64,000 bases of DNA, taken from the NCBI GenBank assembly GCA_009914755.4, contig CP068257.2, positions 43,648,001 through 43,712,000 on the forward strand, in the 5' to 3' direction. Both the position numbers and the translations under genes were made by a program. Position 1 is the stretch's first letter. Each line of letters starts with the position of its first letter. Shown piece after piece: positions 51,916 to 64,000 of this stretch. The notes below the pieces were generated by a model, which was not told where the DNA came from, did no database searches, and saw only the letters and a program-made list of their open reading frames with translations. The stretch is from the human T2T-CHM13v2.0 reference genome, Homo sapiens.

Positions 51916-53794
51916 TCCCAAACATACCCCATGGAGAGGAGCTGGGTCCTCACAGGTTCAAAATTGTCCTATAACCCTGGGGGGGTTACGGTGTGTGCGA
52001 GGGATGGAAACCAGACTCTGAGGTAGACGTGTGTGTGAGGAGTGTCAGCCCCCGTCCCTGGAGGGCGAGGAGGGGAGTCCAGGGAGGCCCCACCCCTGGC
52101 CTGGGGAGATGGGTCTCGGTGAAGAACCAGGGCCACACTGGCATCACAGGCAGGCCCAGTCCTGGTGGATATGTCCAGGCCGCCCCTTTTCCTCCCCTCC
52201 ATCCAGGGTGCACCAGGCTCCTCCCCTCAGAGACCACCCAGCCGGAAGCCCAGGCTCCCCAGGTCACCAAAAGGGGCTTGCAGGGCCTCCTAGGTGCCAC
52301 AGGGTGCCGGGGGTGAAATGTGACTCTACCAGGCAGCCGTCAAAGAAACAGGTGTAACTGCATCCCCAGCGTGGAGAGGAGGCTGGCTCGGGCCAGCAGG
52401 GTCCCAGAGAGAGCCCAGGGTCCGGGAAGCAGAGCAACCTCAGGCAGCTCCAGGGGGACGTTGATGGAGGGACCATTGGCAACGGTGGAGCAGGGAGTAG
52501 GGAGAAAGCGAGCCCATGGCTGGAGCGCGCCAGGAGGGTGAGGTGAGGGCGGGGCCCCTGGAGCCTTAGTGCAGGGAGACAGGCTGCCTGTGCACCTGCC
52601 GAGAAGGAGCCCTCCCCGACCTTGGACTGCCAATACCCGAGGCCAAACCCACCCTCCCCAGCCTGTGCCAGCCCCAGGGTCAGCCTGGGCAGAGCGTGGT
52701 GGGGAGAGGTGCCCAGGGCACCTGGAGGGGTAGGAGGGGACACCTGCCCTGCTGTACACAGTCCCTGCTTCCCCCATGTGCTCCCCACCAGCCTGCAGGG
52801 AGCATGGAGTTGCTTTCACTTCATCAAGATCCTGGAGCACCTCTTCCTGCTGCCTCGAGTGGCCCACAGTTTCCACGACACCTCTCTGGTTTCCGGAGCT
52901 CCTGAGCTGGGATGTAAGCCACCAGCATTCATCTCTGGCCCCTGCCTCAGGCCCTTCGACTCCCAAAATAATGGGCAGGAGTGGGAGCTTCATCCAAGGC
53001 CCCTGCACACTGCCTTGGTTCACAGTGAAATCTGGAACACGGCATCTTGGTTTCCAGGAAAACTGCCTTGGGTGCCATGGCGCAGCCTGCCCACACTTCA
53101 GGCACAGAGCACAGAAGATTCTGTGGTTTCCATACCTGGGAAGAGAAAAGAAAAACCTTCCAGGTACTTTAAAGTTCCAGAAAAATGAGAAATGCTTGGC
53201 CACAGGTACACCTACAAACCCTGCTGTCTGCACAAACCTTGCTGCAGAAGTCACAGGAAGGCTCTAAGGAGCAAAGAAGGAAGAGCCGGCCCCTCCTCTC
53301 TGGGAGACTGTAGGAGAATGAAGGAACCCTAGGTGGCAGCGGCTGAGCTCATGGTCCGCTGACGACATTGCCTGGGGTGGGAAGGAAGCCCAGCCAGCCC
53401 AGGCAGCCATGGGCCAGCCATGGGTCTCAGAGGGAGAACAGAGGCCTCCCGCCACCAGCAGCACTAGTGTGCCAGCCACGTGCCTGGACCTGGACCCTGC
53501 AGCCCTGGGGAGGCTCTCGGATGACAGTGGCCCCAGAGGCATCCAACTGCAGCCTCATGAGAGCCCTGTGCCCCAGCGCCCAGCTAAGCTGTGCTGGATT
53601 TCCTGGCTCAGAGGAACTGTGAGGATAAGGAAGGTTTATTGTAGGTTGTTGTGAGCCATTAAACTTGGGGTGCTTTGTTAGGACACAATGGATAGCAAAT
53701 ACACCACTGACCGGTTAGGAGCCCCCAAACTGGGGAGAAAGTCTCACAGGGGAGCCTGTGCTCACAGGGACGGAGTCAGCCTCACACACAGACA

Positions 53795-54250
53795 CATTTT
53801 GTTATGGGTTGAATGGTGTCCCCTCCCCCCAAAAAAGGACGCACTGAAGCCCTACACCCCCATACCTGTGTGTGTGACCCTACTTGGAAATAAGGTCTTT
53901 GCAGATTTAATCACGTTAAATCAAGTTCATTAGGATGGGCTGTAATCCAATGTGACTGTGTCATCACCAAAAGGGGAAATGTGGACACAGACACAGACCC
54001 ACAAGGAGGAGGCCACATGAAGATGGAGGCAGAGACTGGAGTGATGCACAGGCCAGGGGACACTGGGGGCTGCTGGGAGCTGGGAGAGGCGGGAGGGATC
54101 CTCCCCAGAGCCTCTGGAGGGGGCACGGCCCCACCCACACCTTGATCTGGGACTTCTGGCTCCAGATCTGTGAGAGAACCTCTGTTCTTAGCCATCAGTT
54201 TTGTGGAACAGTGTTGCAGCAGCCCCAGAAAACGAATGCAGATTTCTGCA
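53795..54250 (+). mobile_element. Interspersed repeat, near-complete copy. It belongs to the same family as 11590-11900. I cannot name the family securely.
   Basis: gttatgggttgaatggtgtcccctcccccc...gaagccctacaccccc...ctacttggaaataaggtctttgcagatttaatcacgttaa...ggatgggctgtaatccaatgtgactg...ggaaatgtggacacagacacag...catgaagatggaggcagagactggagtgatgca...tctggctccagatctgtgagagaacc. This is the recognisable structure of a common mammalian medium-reiteration repeat. Confidence 0.55.
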
Positions 54251-54270
54251 CCTTTTAAGAGCAAAGACAG

Positions 54271-54565
<295 letters not shown>

Positions 54566-55420
54566 AGAAAAGACAATCAAAACACAGCTCAAGTGAGCAG
54601 CATTTGTACTGAATCAATTGGCCTCTGTTTAGTACTATTAATTAGACAAGAAAAAAGGGAGTTGTCTTTGTGTACCACTGGGGGTTTGCAGTTTTTAGAT
54701 AATAAGTTTATTTTAAGTAACTATGATTTTCATTTTCTTTCAGTGTTCAGGTAGCCACAACTTGACCATGGGGACCCCTTGAACTGGCACGACCTCCCGT
54801 CCGCACCCAAGTCCCCACCAGCCTGTCCCTCTGATGGTTCTGGGCTGGGTGTGGCAGGGAAAGGGCAGAAGTGAGACTTTGACCTGGTGGGTGCACACGC
54901 CTAGGTGTAAATCTAGCTCCAACATCTTACATGAGAATGAATTGAATTCAGATTCTTTAATGGCTCACCCTGGAGTTTTATCCCTCCTGGTAATAATTTC
55001 ATGACCAACACAATTCTTTGTTTAGCTGAGTATTTTGATTCTGGTGAGCATCATTTCATGTGTGTGGTGTTGTCAACAGCCACAGGTGAGTCTAAAATAA
55101 TAGCACAGGGTCTTGTGACGGTGCTGGGAACCTCTCCGCTCATACTGGCCCGCATGTCTTCGGACGGGAGTCGCAGCGCAAGCTTGCAGGTGGTCATTGC
55201 TGGGAGTGTTAAGGCAATACAGGTCTCTGAGAAGAGAGAAAAAGGTGTCTTTATATTCAGAATAGTCAGGGAACAGCGCTGGTGTTTACAGCTGATGTGA
55301 AGTGACCAACACAGAGAAGAAACAGACACGCCCAGGTCAAGGGAATTTGTCTTTAACATATTTTTTTTAAATAACCCACAATTTGGTGTTGAATTCTAAT
55401 TTTTAAAAGACACTCAGGTA

Positions 55421-55712
55421 TTTATTTATTTGAGACGGAGTCTCGCTCTGTCGCCCAGGCTGGAGTGCAGTGGTGCAATCTTGGCTCACTGCAAGCTCCG
55501 CCTCACGGGTTCACGCCATTCTCCTGCCTCAGCCTCCTGAGTAGCTGGGACTACAGGTGCCAGCCATCATGCCTGGCTGATTTTTTGTATTTTTAGTAGA
55601 GATGGGGTTTCACCGTGTTAGCCAGGATGCTCTCGATCTCCTGACCTCATGATCCGCCCGCCTCCGCCTCCCAAAGTGCTGGGATTACAGGTGTGAGCCA
55701 CCGTGCCCGGCC
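55421..55712 (-). mobile_element. AluY-like element, antisense.
   Basis: tttatttatttgagacggagtctcgctctgtcgcccaggctggagtgcagtggtgcaatcttggctcactgcaagctccgcctcacgggttcacgccattctcctgcctcagcctcctgagtagctgggactacaggtgccagccatcatgcctggctgattttttgtatttttagtagagatggggtttcaccgtgttagccaggatgctctcgatctcctgacctcatgatccgcccgcctccgcctcccaaagtgctgggattacaggtgtgagccaccgtgcccggcc. Confidence 0.92.
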
Positions 55713-56164
55713 AGGTATTTATTTCTTAATGCCCTATTCCTACAAAGTGCAAAGGCCATTTGAGAATGTCAGAAACTATAATGAAATAAGATCAAAATAC
55801 AATAGCTTTCCACATGGATATTATTAGAGATGCTTGCCCTTAAATTTCACCCTGCAATTCAGGTTAAGGAGCAATTTTATAGGCCTTTATAACATTATGA
55901 TATAATCAATGCTTCTATAAAATCCCGTTTATGAACGACAAGGGACCCATCGTGTGTGTCAGAGTCACTCACAAAACGTTTAATGAGCTGTTCAGGTAAT
56001 GACATGACCCAACAGGGGATTTCCAAAACGCCCAGTCTTTCAAAAACGATATGAAAATCTCCAAATCGGACATTTAAAATGATTCATATTATTATTAGGA
56101 AAAGCATATAAGATGTATTAAAGAAGAAGCATGGTTTGGCTCCTTTTTAAACATTTTAATTAGT

Positions 56165-56420
56165 GGACTTTGTTACTTAGAGCAGTTTTAGGTTTACAGA
56201 AAAACTGAGTCTCAGGTCCAGGGAGCCCCAGTGTCTCGGCTCCCCTGCGACTGACATCCTGCTTCCTGTGCTGCGTTTGTTACAATTATCAGTCGCGCGA
56301 ACACACGGCTCACATTAGGGCTCACTCCTTGCGTCGAACATTTTATGGGTTTTGACAAGTGTGTCATGACATGGATCCACTAGTTGTGGTCCCTTTTATC
56401 AGGTTAAAAATAAAACGGGG
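56165..56420 (-). mobile_element. Old L1 3'-UTR fragment, antisense.
   Basis: ttttaggtttacagaaaaactgag...cccagtg...tgttacaattatcag...acattttatgggttttgacaagtgtgtcatgacatggatccac...ttatcagg. It parallels the reverse complement of the L1 3' end seen at 29230-29395. Confidence 0.65.
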
Positions 56421-56741
56421 CCTTGCAGAGATTTAAATGTGGTAGTAATCACCTTTGTTATATTTTTCCTTCTGAAAATATTAGCCTTGGAAGGAAATGT
56501 TTTAACAACTAGCCACTGTTCTGTGTCTGGGCACATGTCCATAGTGAGCGTATTCTCTTATCTGCTTCATGCTGTTGCCAATTTACAGACCAGTCGCTCA
56601 GAAGCTGTGATTTTTCTTCTGAGCATAAGCTTATCCTCAATATGGAAACTTTAATTCAAAATACAGTTTGGTCTCATAGGAGCATTGTAGTCTTGCTGGC
56701 TGGAATTCACGTGGAGACCGATGCCAGTGCCTCTTTCCTCT

Positions 56742-57722
56742 GCATCCATCCATCCATCCATCCATCCATCCATCCACCCACCCACCCATCCATCCATCCA
56801 TCCATCCATCCATCCATCCACCCACCCGTCCATCCATCCATCCATCCGCCCACCCGTCCATCTATCCACCCATCCATCCACCCACCCGTCCATCTATCCA
56901 CCCATCCATCCACCCACCCGTCCATCCATCCACCCATCCATCCATCTATTTATCCATCCATCCATCTATCCACCCACCCATCCATCCATCCACCCATCCA
57001 TCCATCCATCCACCCATCCACCCGTCCATCCATCCATCCATCCACCCACTCGTCCATCCATCCATCCATCCATCCATCCATCCATCCATCCACCCACCCA
57101 CCCGTCCATCCATCCACCCATCCATCCATCTATCCACCCACCCGTCCATCCATCCACCCACGCGTCCATCCATCCATCCATCCACCCACCCATCCATCCA
57201 TCCACCCACCCGTCCATCCATCCACCCATCCATCCATCCATCCACCCATCCATCCATCCATCCGTCCATCCACCCACCCATCCGTCCATCCACCCACCCA
57301 CCCGTCCATCCATCCATCCATCCATCCACCCATCCATCCATCCATCCATCCATCCACCCACCCGTCCATCCATCCACCCACCCGTCCATCCATCCACCCA
57401 TCCATCCATCTATCCACCCATCCATCCATCTATCCACCCACCCGTCCATCCATCCACCCACCCGTCCATCCATCCACCCATCCATCCATCCATCCATCCA
57501 CCCATCCACCCGTCCATCCATCCATCCACCCACTCGTCCATCCATCCATCCATCCACCCACCCGTCCATCCATCCACCCACCCGTCCATCCATCCATCCA
57601 CCCATCCATCTATCCATCCATCCATCCATCCATCCATCCATCCATCCATCCATCTATCCATCCATCCATCTATTTATCCATCCATCCATCTATTTATGCA
57701 TCCGTCCATCCATCCATCCCTC
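56742..57722. repeat. ~1 kb (CCAT)n-type simple repeat with CACC/CGTC/CTAT variant units and apparent higher-order blocks. On the minus strand it is (GGAT/GGTG)n.
   Basis: Uninterrupted 4-bp periodicity, catccatccatccacccacccgtccatcc... The pseudo-ORFs 56642..57766(+), 56721..58022(+) ([16 protein letters not shown]...) and 56946..57653(-) ([12 protein letters not shown]...) are its translations. Confidence 0.97.
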
Positions 57723-59390
57723 CGTTTGCTCATTTCCACCCAGGAATCCATCATCTCTCAAACTAAGGTTTCGACATCATTCCTTCTTTTCAGAAAGTGC
57801 AAACCAAAGCTAAGACTGGCTCACACATGCCACGCGGGAGTTAGAGTGAGAGCATTTTTCAGATCCTTGTTCTCTTCTGGCCCCACCTCCCGCAGTTTCT
57901 GGAAGTCCCAGGACAGGGAAAAGGAGAGAAAGGCAGAAAAGAAATTATCGAGTGTGGCTCTTCCCTCTCCTCAGAGGAAATTGTTCACCTGCCACCCTCG
58001 GAAATTTAATTTTCAGTGTTAAAACTTGAAATTTTATAGTAGTATGTGTACCAAAGTTATAAAATGGGCAAACTTGTCTAAACGAGGATTCCTACATTGT
58101 TATGACATTTTCCCCAGAGAATCACAAGCTCTGAGATACACTTGTGAACCTTACTTATGCAGACATTCTCTTAAACTGGGATTCTTTCTCTCAGTTTACC
58201 TTAGGCTAACACAGAAACATATTTTGACACAGAAAGAATTTTTTCTCTTCATTGCTCAAGTCACCTGGAGGCAGCTCCTGCCTGGGGTGGATGCCTCCGA
58301 CCCCTGGGAATGACCCCTGCAGCCACCACTGAGCCCCCCACAGAAGGAGGCTCGTGCCTGGTCCAGCTTTCCCACCCGGGGTCTCTGTGGCTGGCTCCCC
58401 CCAGCTCGGGGCAGAAGCCTAATTCAGGGTTGTTCTGCTCAGTTGATCCAGTCGGACGCTAGGATTTGCCTGGGGGCCCGGCCTGCCAGCAGTACAGGTG
58501 AGGGGACGCAGGCTTGGTCACAAGCACCCCTGCTGACCTTCCCTACAGACCTGGCACATTTAATCTTCTTCTTTGGGGAGGAGAAGAGGATGCATTCAGA
58601 AATGCCTTTGCTGATGAGGCCCTCAGGAGCTTGTACTGGAATCACTCAAAATTCCCAAGTAGCCTGAGTGTCCTAATTCATTTCTGTGTACATCTGCCTA
58701 ATTCTCAATCCACGTCTAAGGTTAGAATGAACATTTGAATTAGCCATTCTGGACAACACACACACGCACTATACCATGCATTTAGATCTCTCTGTACCTT
58801 GCTCGTGTCAGCACAAACGCAGCCCCTCTCTTTTCAAAAGCCCGGTTCGTTTTCCAGCAGGCGCGTGCTTTCATTAGACTTTCCCTCCTGTGGGTTCTGG
58901 CAGATTTCCCAACACAAGCACGGCAGGAAGTGCATTGTGTTTGTAGAAAATCCAAAATAATCTCTAGGTGAGTGTTAGGATGAAAAATGAATTTAGTGTT
59001 GGTACAGGTTTTTGCTTGTTGTACTTTTTGTGGGGGAGGGTGATAAAAATATTCCAAAATTGATTGCGATGATGGTTGTGCAATTCTGTGAATATACTAA
59101 CAAGCACTGAACTCTATACTGCAAACAGGTGAACTGTATGGTATGTGAATTATATTTTAATAAAGCTGTTATTTTTAAAAAGTAAATTTAGCAACAACAC
59201 TGGATACAAGCTAAATATACAAAAATTAATTATCTTTATACAGACCAGCAACTAATAATTAGAAAATGAGCATTTTTAAATGATACCATTTTGGTAGTAT
59301 CAAAACCCATCAATTACCTAGTAACTGTTCAGTAAAATATTCCAAAAACAGCAAAACATTGACTAAGGTACATTAAAGAAGATTTAAATA

Positions 59391-59680
<290 letters not shown>

Positions 59681-59947
59681 TTAAATAAAGGAAGGGATAT
59701 GATATGTTTATGGATTAAAAGCAAGTTAAAAACAAGTTAACAAACACAACAATTGATCTATAAATTCCATGTAATCACCATTAAAATCCAGGCCAAAGTG
59801 TGTGAGTGTGTGTGTGTTGCGGGTTGGGGGTTGCCAAGCTAAAGTTTACGTGGGAATGGACGGGGCAAGAACAGCAAGACGACCTTGAGGACGACCAAAG
59901 CGAGGGACTCGGCCCCCAGGTGCCAGTGCCCACCACAAAGCTATAGG

Positions 59948-60172
59948 AGTCCAGGCCAGGCCACACAGCGGTCAGTGAAGTGGGATGGAAGGTCCAGACC
60001 AGGCCACACAGCGGTCAGTGAAGTGGGATGGAAGGTCCAGACCAGGCCACACAGCGGTCAGTGAAGTGGGATGGAAGGTCCAGACCAGGCCACACAGTGG
60101 TCAGTGAAGTGGGATGGAAGGTCCAGACCAGGCCACACAGCGGTCAGTGAAGTGGGATGGAAGGTCCAGAAA
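59948..60172. repeat. 43-bp tandem repeat x5 (ggtccagaccaggccacacagcggtcagtgaagtgggatggaa).
   Basis: 'ggtccagacc' recurs at 59991, 60034, 60077 and 60120. The track ORFs 60071.. and 60114..(+) both begin MEGPDQATQ.SVKWDGRSR because of it. Confidence 0.95.
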
Positions 60173-60680
60173 CACGCACATGGGACACTTGATCCACAAC
60201 AGATTCAGGATTGCAGACCAGGGGCACGGGGAACCTCTTTACTCGTGGTACCAGCTCAGTTGCAGATGCATACGGAACGCAGGAAGCCGGGGCCCCACGT
60301 TCCCCCATATGCAGTCTGCAAATGCAAACACGGAGGCTGAAACAAACACGTCTGGAAGAAATCACAGGGGAGCATCTCCCCTGCTGTGCCCAGGATCCAC
60401 GGGTGAGCAAGACAGGGTCCCTGTCCGGATGGGGTTTCATTTGGGGGTGCGGAGGGGGTGCAGAACCAAAAAAAAACCAAGCAAGCGAGTGAAACAGGGA
60501 GCTCGGAAGTGGGCGCTCGCATAGGCCAAGGTGGGGAAGGCTGGCAGGCACGTGTGTGTGCAAGGACACCAAATGTTGATCTGCAGAGCAAAGCTGGGCA
60601 ACAGCAACCACATTAACCAATAGACGTCGGCTTATCCAGGCCATGGGACGATGTGTAGCTGTTAACATAAAGGTCTATCT

Positions 60681-61316
<636 letters not shown>

Positions 61317-62114
61317 TCAGACAGAGCCTGTGGCAGAGGCCATGGAGGATTTTCTGGTGGCCACAGACTGTCCTGTGGAATTCCAGCTCGTCGTTGGTCA
61401 ATGGGATGAAGTTTGGCTTTAGAGGTGGATGAGACAAGTTGGGCTCTACCCAGAGCAAACTAAAGCTGCTCCTGGTCAACAAACACCAGCTTAGCTGGCC
61501 CAACCGATGCCTCGGCCCCGGACACACAGCTGGGGGGAGGCCGGGTGAGGAGACTCTGTCCGTGGGATTCCACCTGCCCCGTGGGAGTGAGAGCACAGGC
61601 ATCGCTCACGGCGCTGCAGACCATGTCCACCACAGTGCAGCGCAGCCCTCTAGGCTGCGCCCACATTGCCCAGGCTCCGCTCGGCCTCATCCTCGATTTC
61701 AGGCCTCTGTGACTTACCCTTGGGGCCCAGCATAGCACAGACACTATGTCTGTTTAAATAGGAGAGCATAGAAAAGCCGAGTCCCTGCAAGGGACAACCG
61801 GCTTGAGATGACAGTCAGGGTCTCAGGCGAGACGGCCTCCAGCCGCCTTCAGAGCAGGTGCCTATCAGCGGGGCCACGTGGTGGTTTCACAGTGCCTTGG
61901 TCCCCAGTGCCGAACCTGCCCCCTTGCCCGAAAGCCGGGCTAAGCCAAGCAGCTGTGGTTGACGGTTTTGCCTCAGGAATTGTGTGTGTAATTTAGCGAC
62001 AAAACAAAGCAGGCACAAGGAAGACTCAAACAGGGAGGTCCCTGAAGATGGGAGACAAATGACCAATGGACAGAATTTCATGTCCTATTGGTGGCCTAAC
62101 AGCTTGGAGAAGCA

Positions 62115-64000
62115 TTCCAACTGGATTTTCAACACAAGGAATTGGTTAGACGTCCCTGGCGGGGTGTGTCTCTTCCAGCTGGATTTTCAACACAGGGAAT
62201 TGGTAACACGTCCCTGGCGGGGTGTGTCGCTTCCAGCTGGATTTTCAACACAGGGAATTGGTTAGACGTCCCTGGCGGGGTGTGTCGCTTCCAGCTGGAT
62301 TTTCAACACAGGGAATTGGTTAGACGTCCCTGGCGGGGTGTGTCGCTTCCAGCTGGATTTTCAACACAGGGAATTGGTAACACGTCCCTGGCGGGGTGTG
62401 TCGCTTCCAGCTGGATTTTCAACACAAGGAATTGGTTAGACGTCCCTGGCGGGGTGTGTCACTTCCCACTGGATTTTCAACGCAGGGAATTGGTTACACG
62501 TCCCTGGCGGGGTGTGTCGCTTCCAGCTGGATTTTCAACACAGGGAATTGGTTAGACGTCCCTGGCGGGGTGTGTCGCTTCCCACTGGATTTTCAACACA
62601 GGGAATTGGTTAGACGTCCCTGGCGGGGTGTGTCGCTTCCCACTGGATTTTCAACGCAGGGAATTGGTTACACGTCCCTGGCGGGGTGTGTCGCTTCCAG
62701 CTGGATTTTCAACGCAGGGAATTGGTTAGACGTCCCTGGCGGGGTGTGTCGCTTCCAGCTGGATTTTCAACACAGGGAATTGGTTAGACGTCCCTGGCGG
62801 GGTGTGTCGCTTCCAGCTGGATTTTCAACACAGGGAATTGGTTAGACGTCCCTGGCGGGGTGTGTCGCTTCCCCCTGGATTTTCAACGCAGGGAATTGGT
62901 TAGACGTCCCTGGCGGGGTGTGTCGCTTCCCACTGGATTTTCAACGCAGGGAATTGGTTACACGTCCCTGGCGGGGTGTGTCGCTTCCAGCTGGATTTTC
63001 AACGCAGGGAATTGGTTAGACGTCCCTGGCGGGGTGTGTCGCTTCCAGCTGGATTTTCAACACAGGGAATTGGTTAGACGTCCCTGGCGGGGTGTGTCGC
63101 TTCCAGCTGGATTTTCAACACAGGGAATTGGTTAGACGTCCCTGGCGGGGTGTGTCGCTTCCCCCTGGATTTTCAACGCAGGGAATTGGTTACACGTCCC
63201 TGGCGGGGTGTGTCGCTTCCCACTGGATTTTCAACACAGGGAATTGGTTAGACGTCCCTGGCGGGGTGTGTCGCTTCCAGCTGGATTTTCAACACAGGGA
63301 ATTGGTAACACGTCCCTGGCGGGGTGTGTCGCTTCCCACTGGATTTTCAACACAGGGAATTGGTTAGACGTCCCTGGCGGGGTGTGTCGCTTCCCACTGG
63401 ATTTTCAATGCAGGGAATTGGTTAGACGTCCCTGGCGGGGTGTGTTGCTTCCAGCTGGATTTTCAACACAGGGAATTGGTTAGACGTCCCTGGCGGGGTG
63501 TGTCGCTTCCAGCTGGATTTTCAACACAGGGAATTGGTTAGACGTCCCTGGCGGGGTGTGTCGCTTCCAGCTGGATTTTCAACACAGGGAATTGGTTAGA
63601 CGTCCCTGGCGGGGTGTGTCGCTTCCAGCTGGATTTTCAACACAGGGAATTGGTTAGACGTCCCTGGAGGGGTGTGTCGCTTCCAGCTGGATTTTCAACA
63701 CAGGGAATTGGTTACACGTCCCTGGCGGGGTGTGTCGCTTCCAGCTGGATTTTCAACACAGGGAATTGGTTAGACGTCCCTGGCGGGGTGTGTCGCTTCC
63801 AGCTGGATTTTCAACACAGGGAATTGGTTAGACGTCCCTGGCGGGGTGTGTCGCTTCCAGCTGGATTTTCAACACAGGGAATTGGTTAGACGTCCCTGGC
63901 GGGGTGTGTCGCTTCCAGCTGGATTTTCAACACAGGGAATTGGTTAGACGTCCCTGGCGGGGTGTGTCGCTTCCAGCTGGATTTTCAACACAGGGAATTG
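62115..64000. repeat. 58-bp macrosatellite/minisatellite, >32 tandem copies (unit ctggattttcaacacagggaattggttagacgtccctggcggggtgtgtcgcttccag). It is truncated by the window edge. Unit variants: ttagacg/taacacg/ttacacg; cagctgg/ccactgg/cccctgg; caacacagg/caacgcagg.
   Basis: Exact 58-bp spacing of 'ctggattttc' (62121, 62179, 62237...). The repeat continues without change to base 64000. The track ORFs 62142.. to 63614..(+) all read ...RRPWRGVSLPAGFSTQGIG.TSLAGCVASSWIFNTGNWLDVPGGVCRFQLDFQHRELV... with a 58-aa (3-unit) period. Confidence 0.97.

Noticed and set aside
50971-52026. 351-aa plus-strand ORF and three 176-191-aa minus-strand ORFs.
   Set aside because: They are translations of the 19-bp VNTR, with a 57-nt / 19-aa period. 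Absence of stops is a property of the unit, not evidence for coding.
56642-58022. 374-aa and 433-aa plus-strand ORFs ([12 protein letters not shown]...) and 235-aa minus-strand ORF (MDGWMDGW...).
   Set aside because: These are translations of the (CCAT)n array. The 4-bp unit produces three phased open frames by chance.
62115-64000. Regularly spaced 58-bp direct repeats that superficially resemble a CRISPR array.
   Set aside because: The repeats are head-to-tail with no intervening unique spacers, so this is a tandem minisatellite. There is no leader and no cas genes, and the sequence is eukaryotic.

Overview
This window is not prokaryotic. It is primate, almost certainly human, nuclear DNA. 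It has full-length Alu elements including an AluY-like copy, L1 ORF2 fragments and a MaLR LTR. It also carries the first two coding exons of POFUT2 (protein O-fucosyltransferase 2) on the minus strand: exon 2 at 1633-1883 and exon 1 at 3696-3826 with its ATG at 3826-3824. Both exons have canonical GT/AG splice sites and flank a TATA-less CpG island. From prior knowledge this locus is 21q22.3, near the chromosome end.

The other ~60 kb lies upstream of POFUT2 and is non-coding. It is GC-rich and packed with tandem-repeat (minisatellite/VNTR) arrays, at least 14 distinct ones. Among them are a ~1 kb (CCAT)n-type array, a 59-bp x ~10 array, a 19-bp x ~27 array, a G-rich 25-bp x ~20 array, and a 58-bp x >32 macrosatellite that runs off the 3' end of the window. 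There are also eight Alu elements, a twin-primed (5'-inverted) L1 insertion, an older L1 3' fragment, and a small complex rearrangement: an inverted duplication plus a dispersed direct duplication.

Nearly all ORFs in the six-frame track are artefacts of GC-rich or repetitive DNA (Pro/Gly/Cys/His-rich pseudo-proteins). I found no prokaryotic gene, operon, CRISPR array or defence system, and no novel protein-coding gene I can support.

The points most worth a second look are:
- a G-rich (coding-strand) minisatellite in POFUT2 intron 1 immediately downstream of the promoter, with G4/R-loop potential;
- the extreme VNTR density;
- the truncated 58-bp macrosatellite;
- the inverted-duplication rearrangement around 27.4-29.5 kb;
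- a 509-codon stop-free frame in unique GC-rich DNA, which is probably chance.
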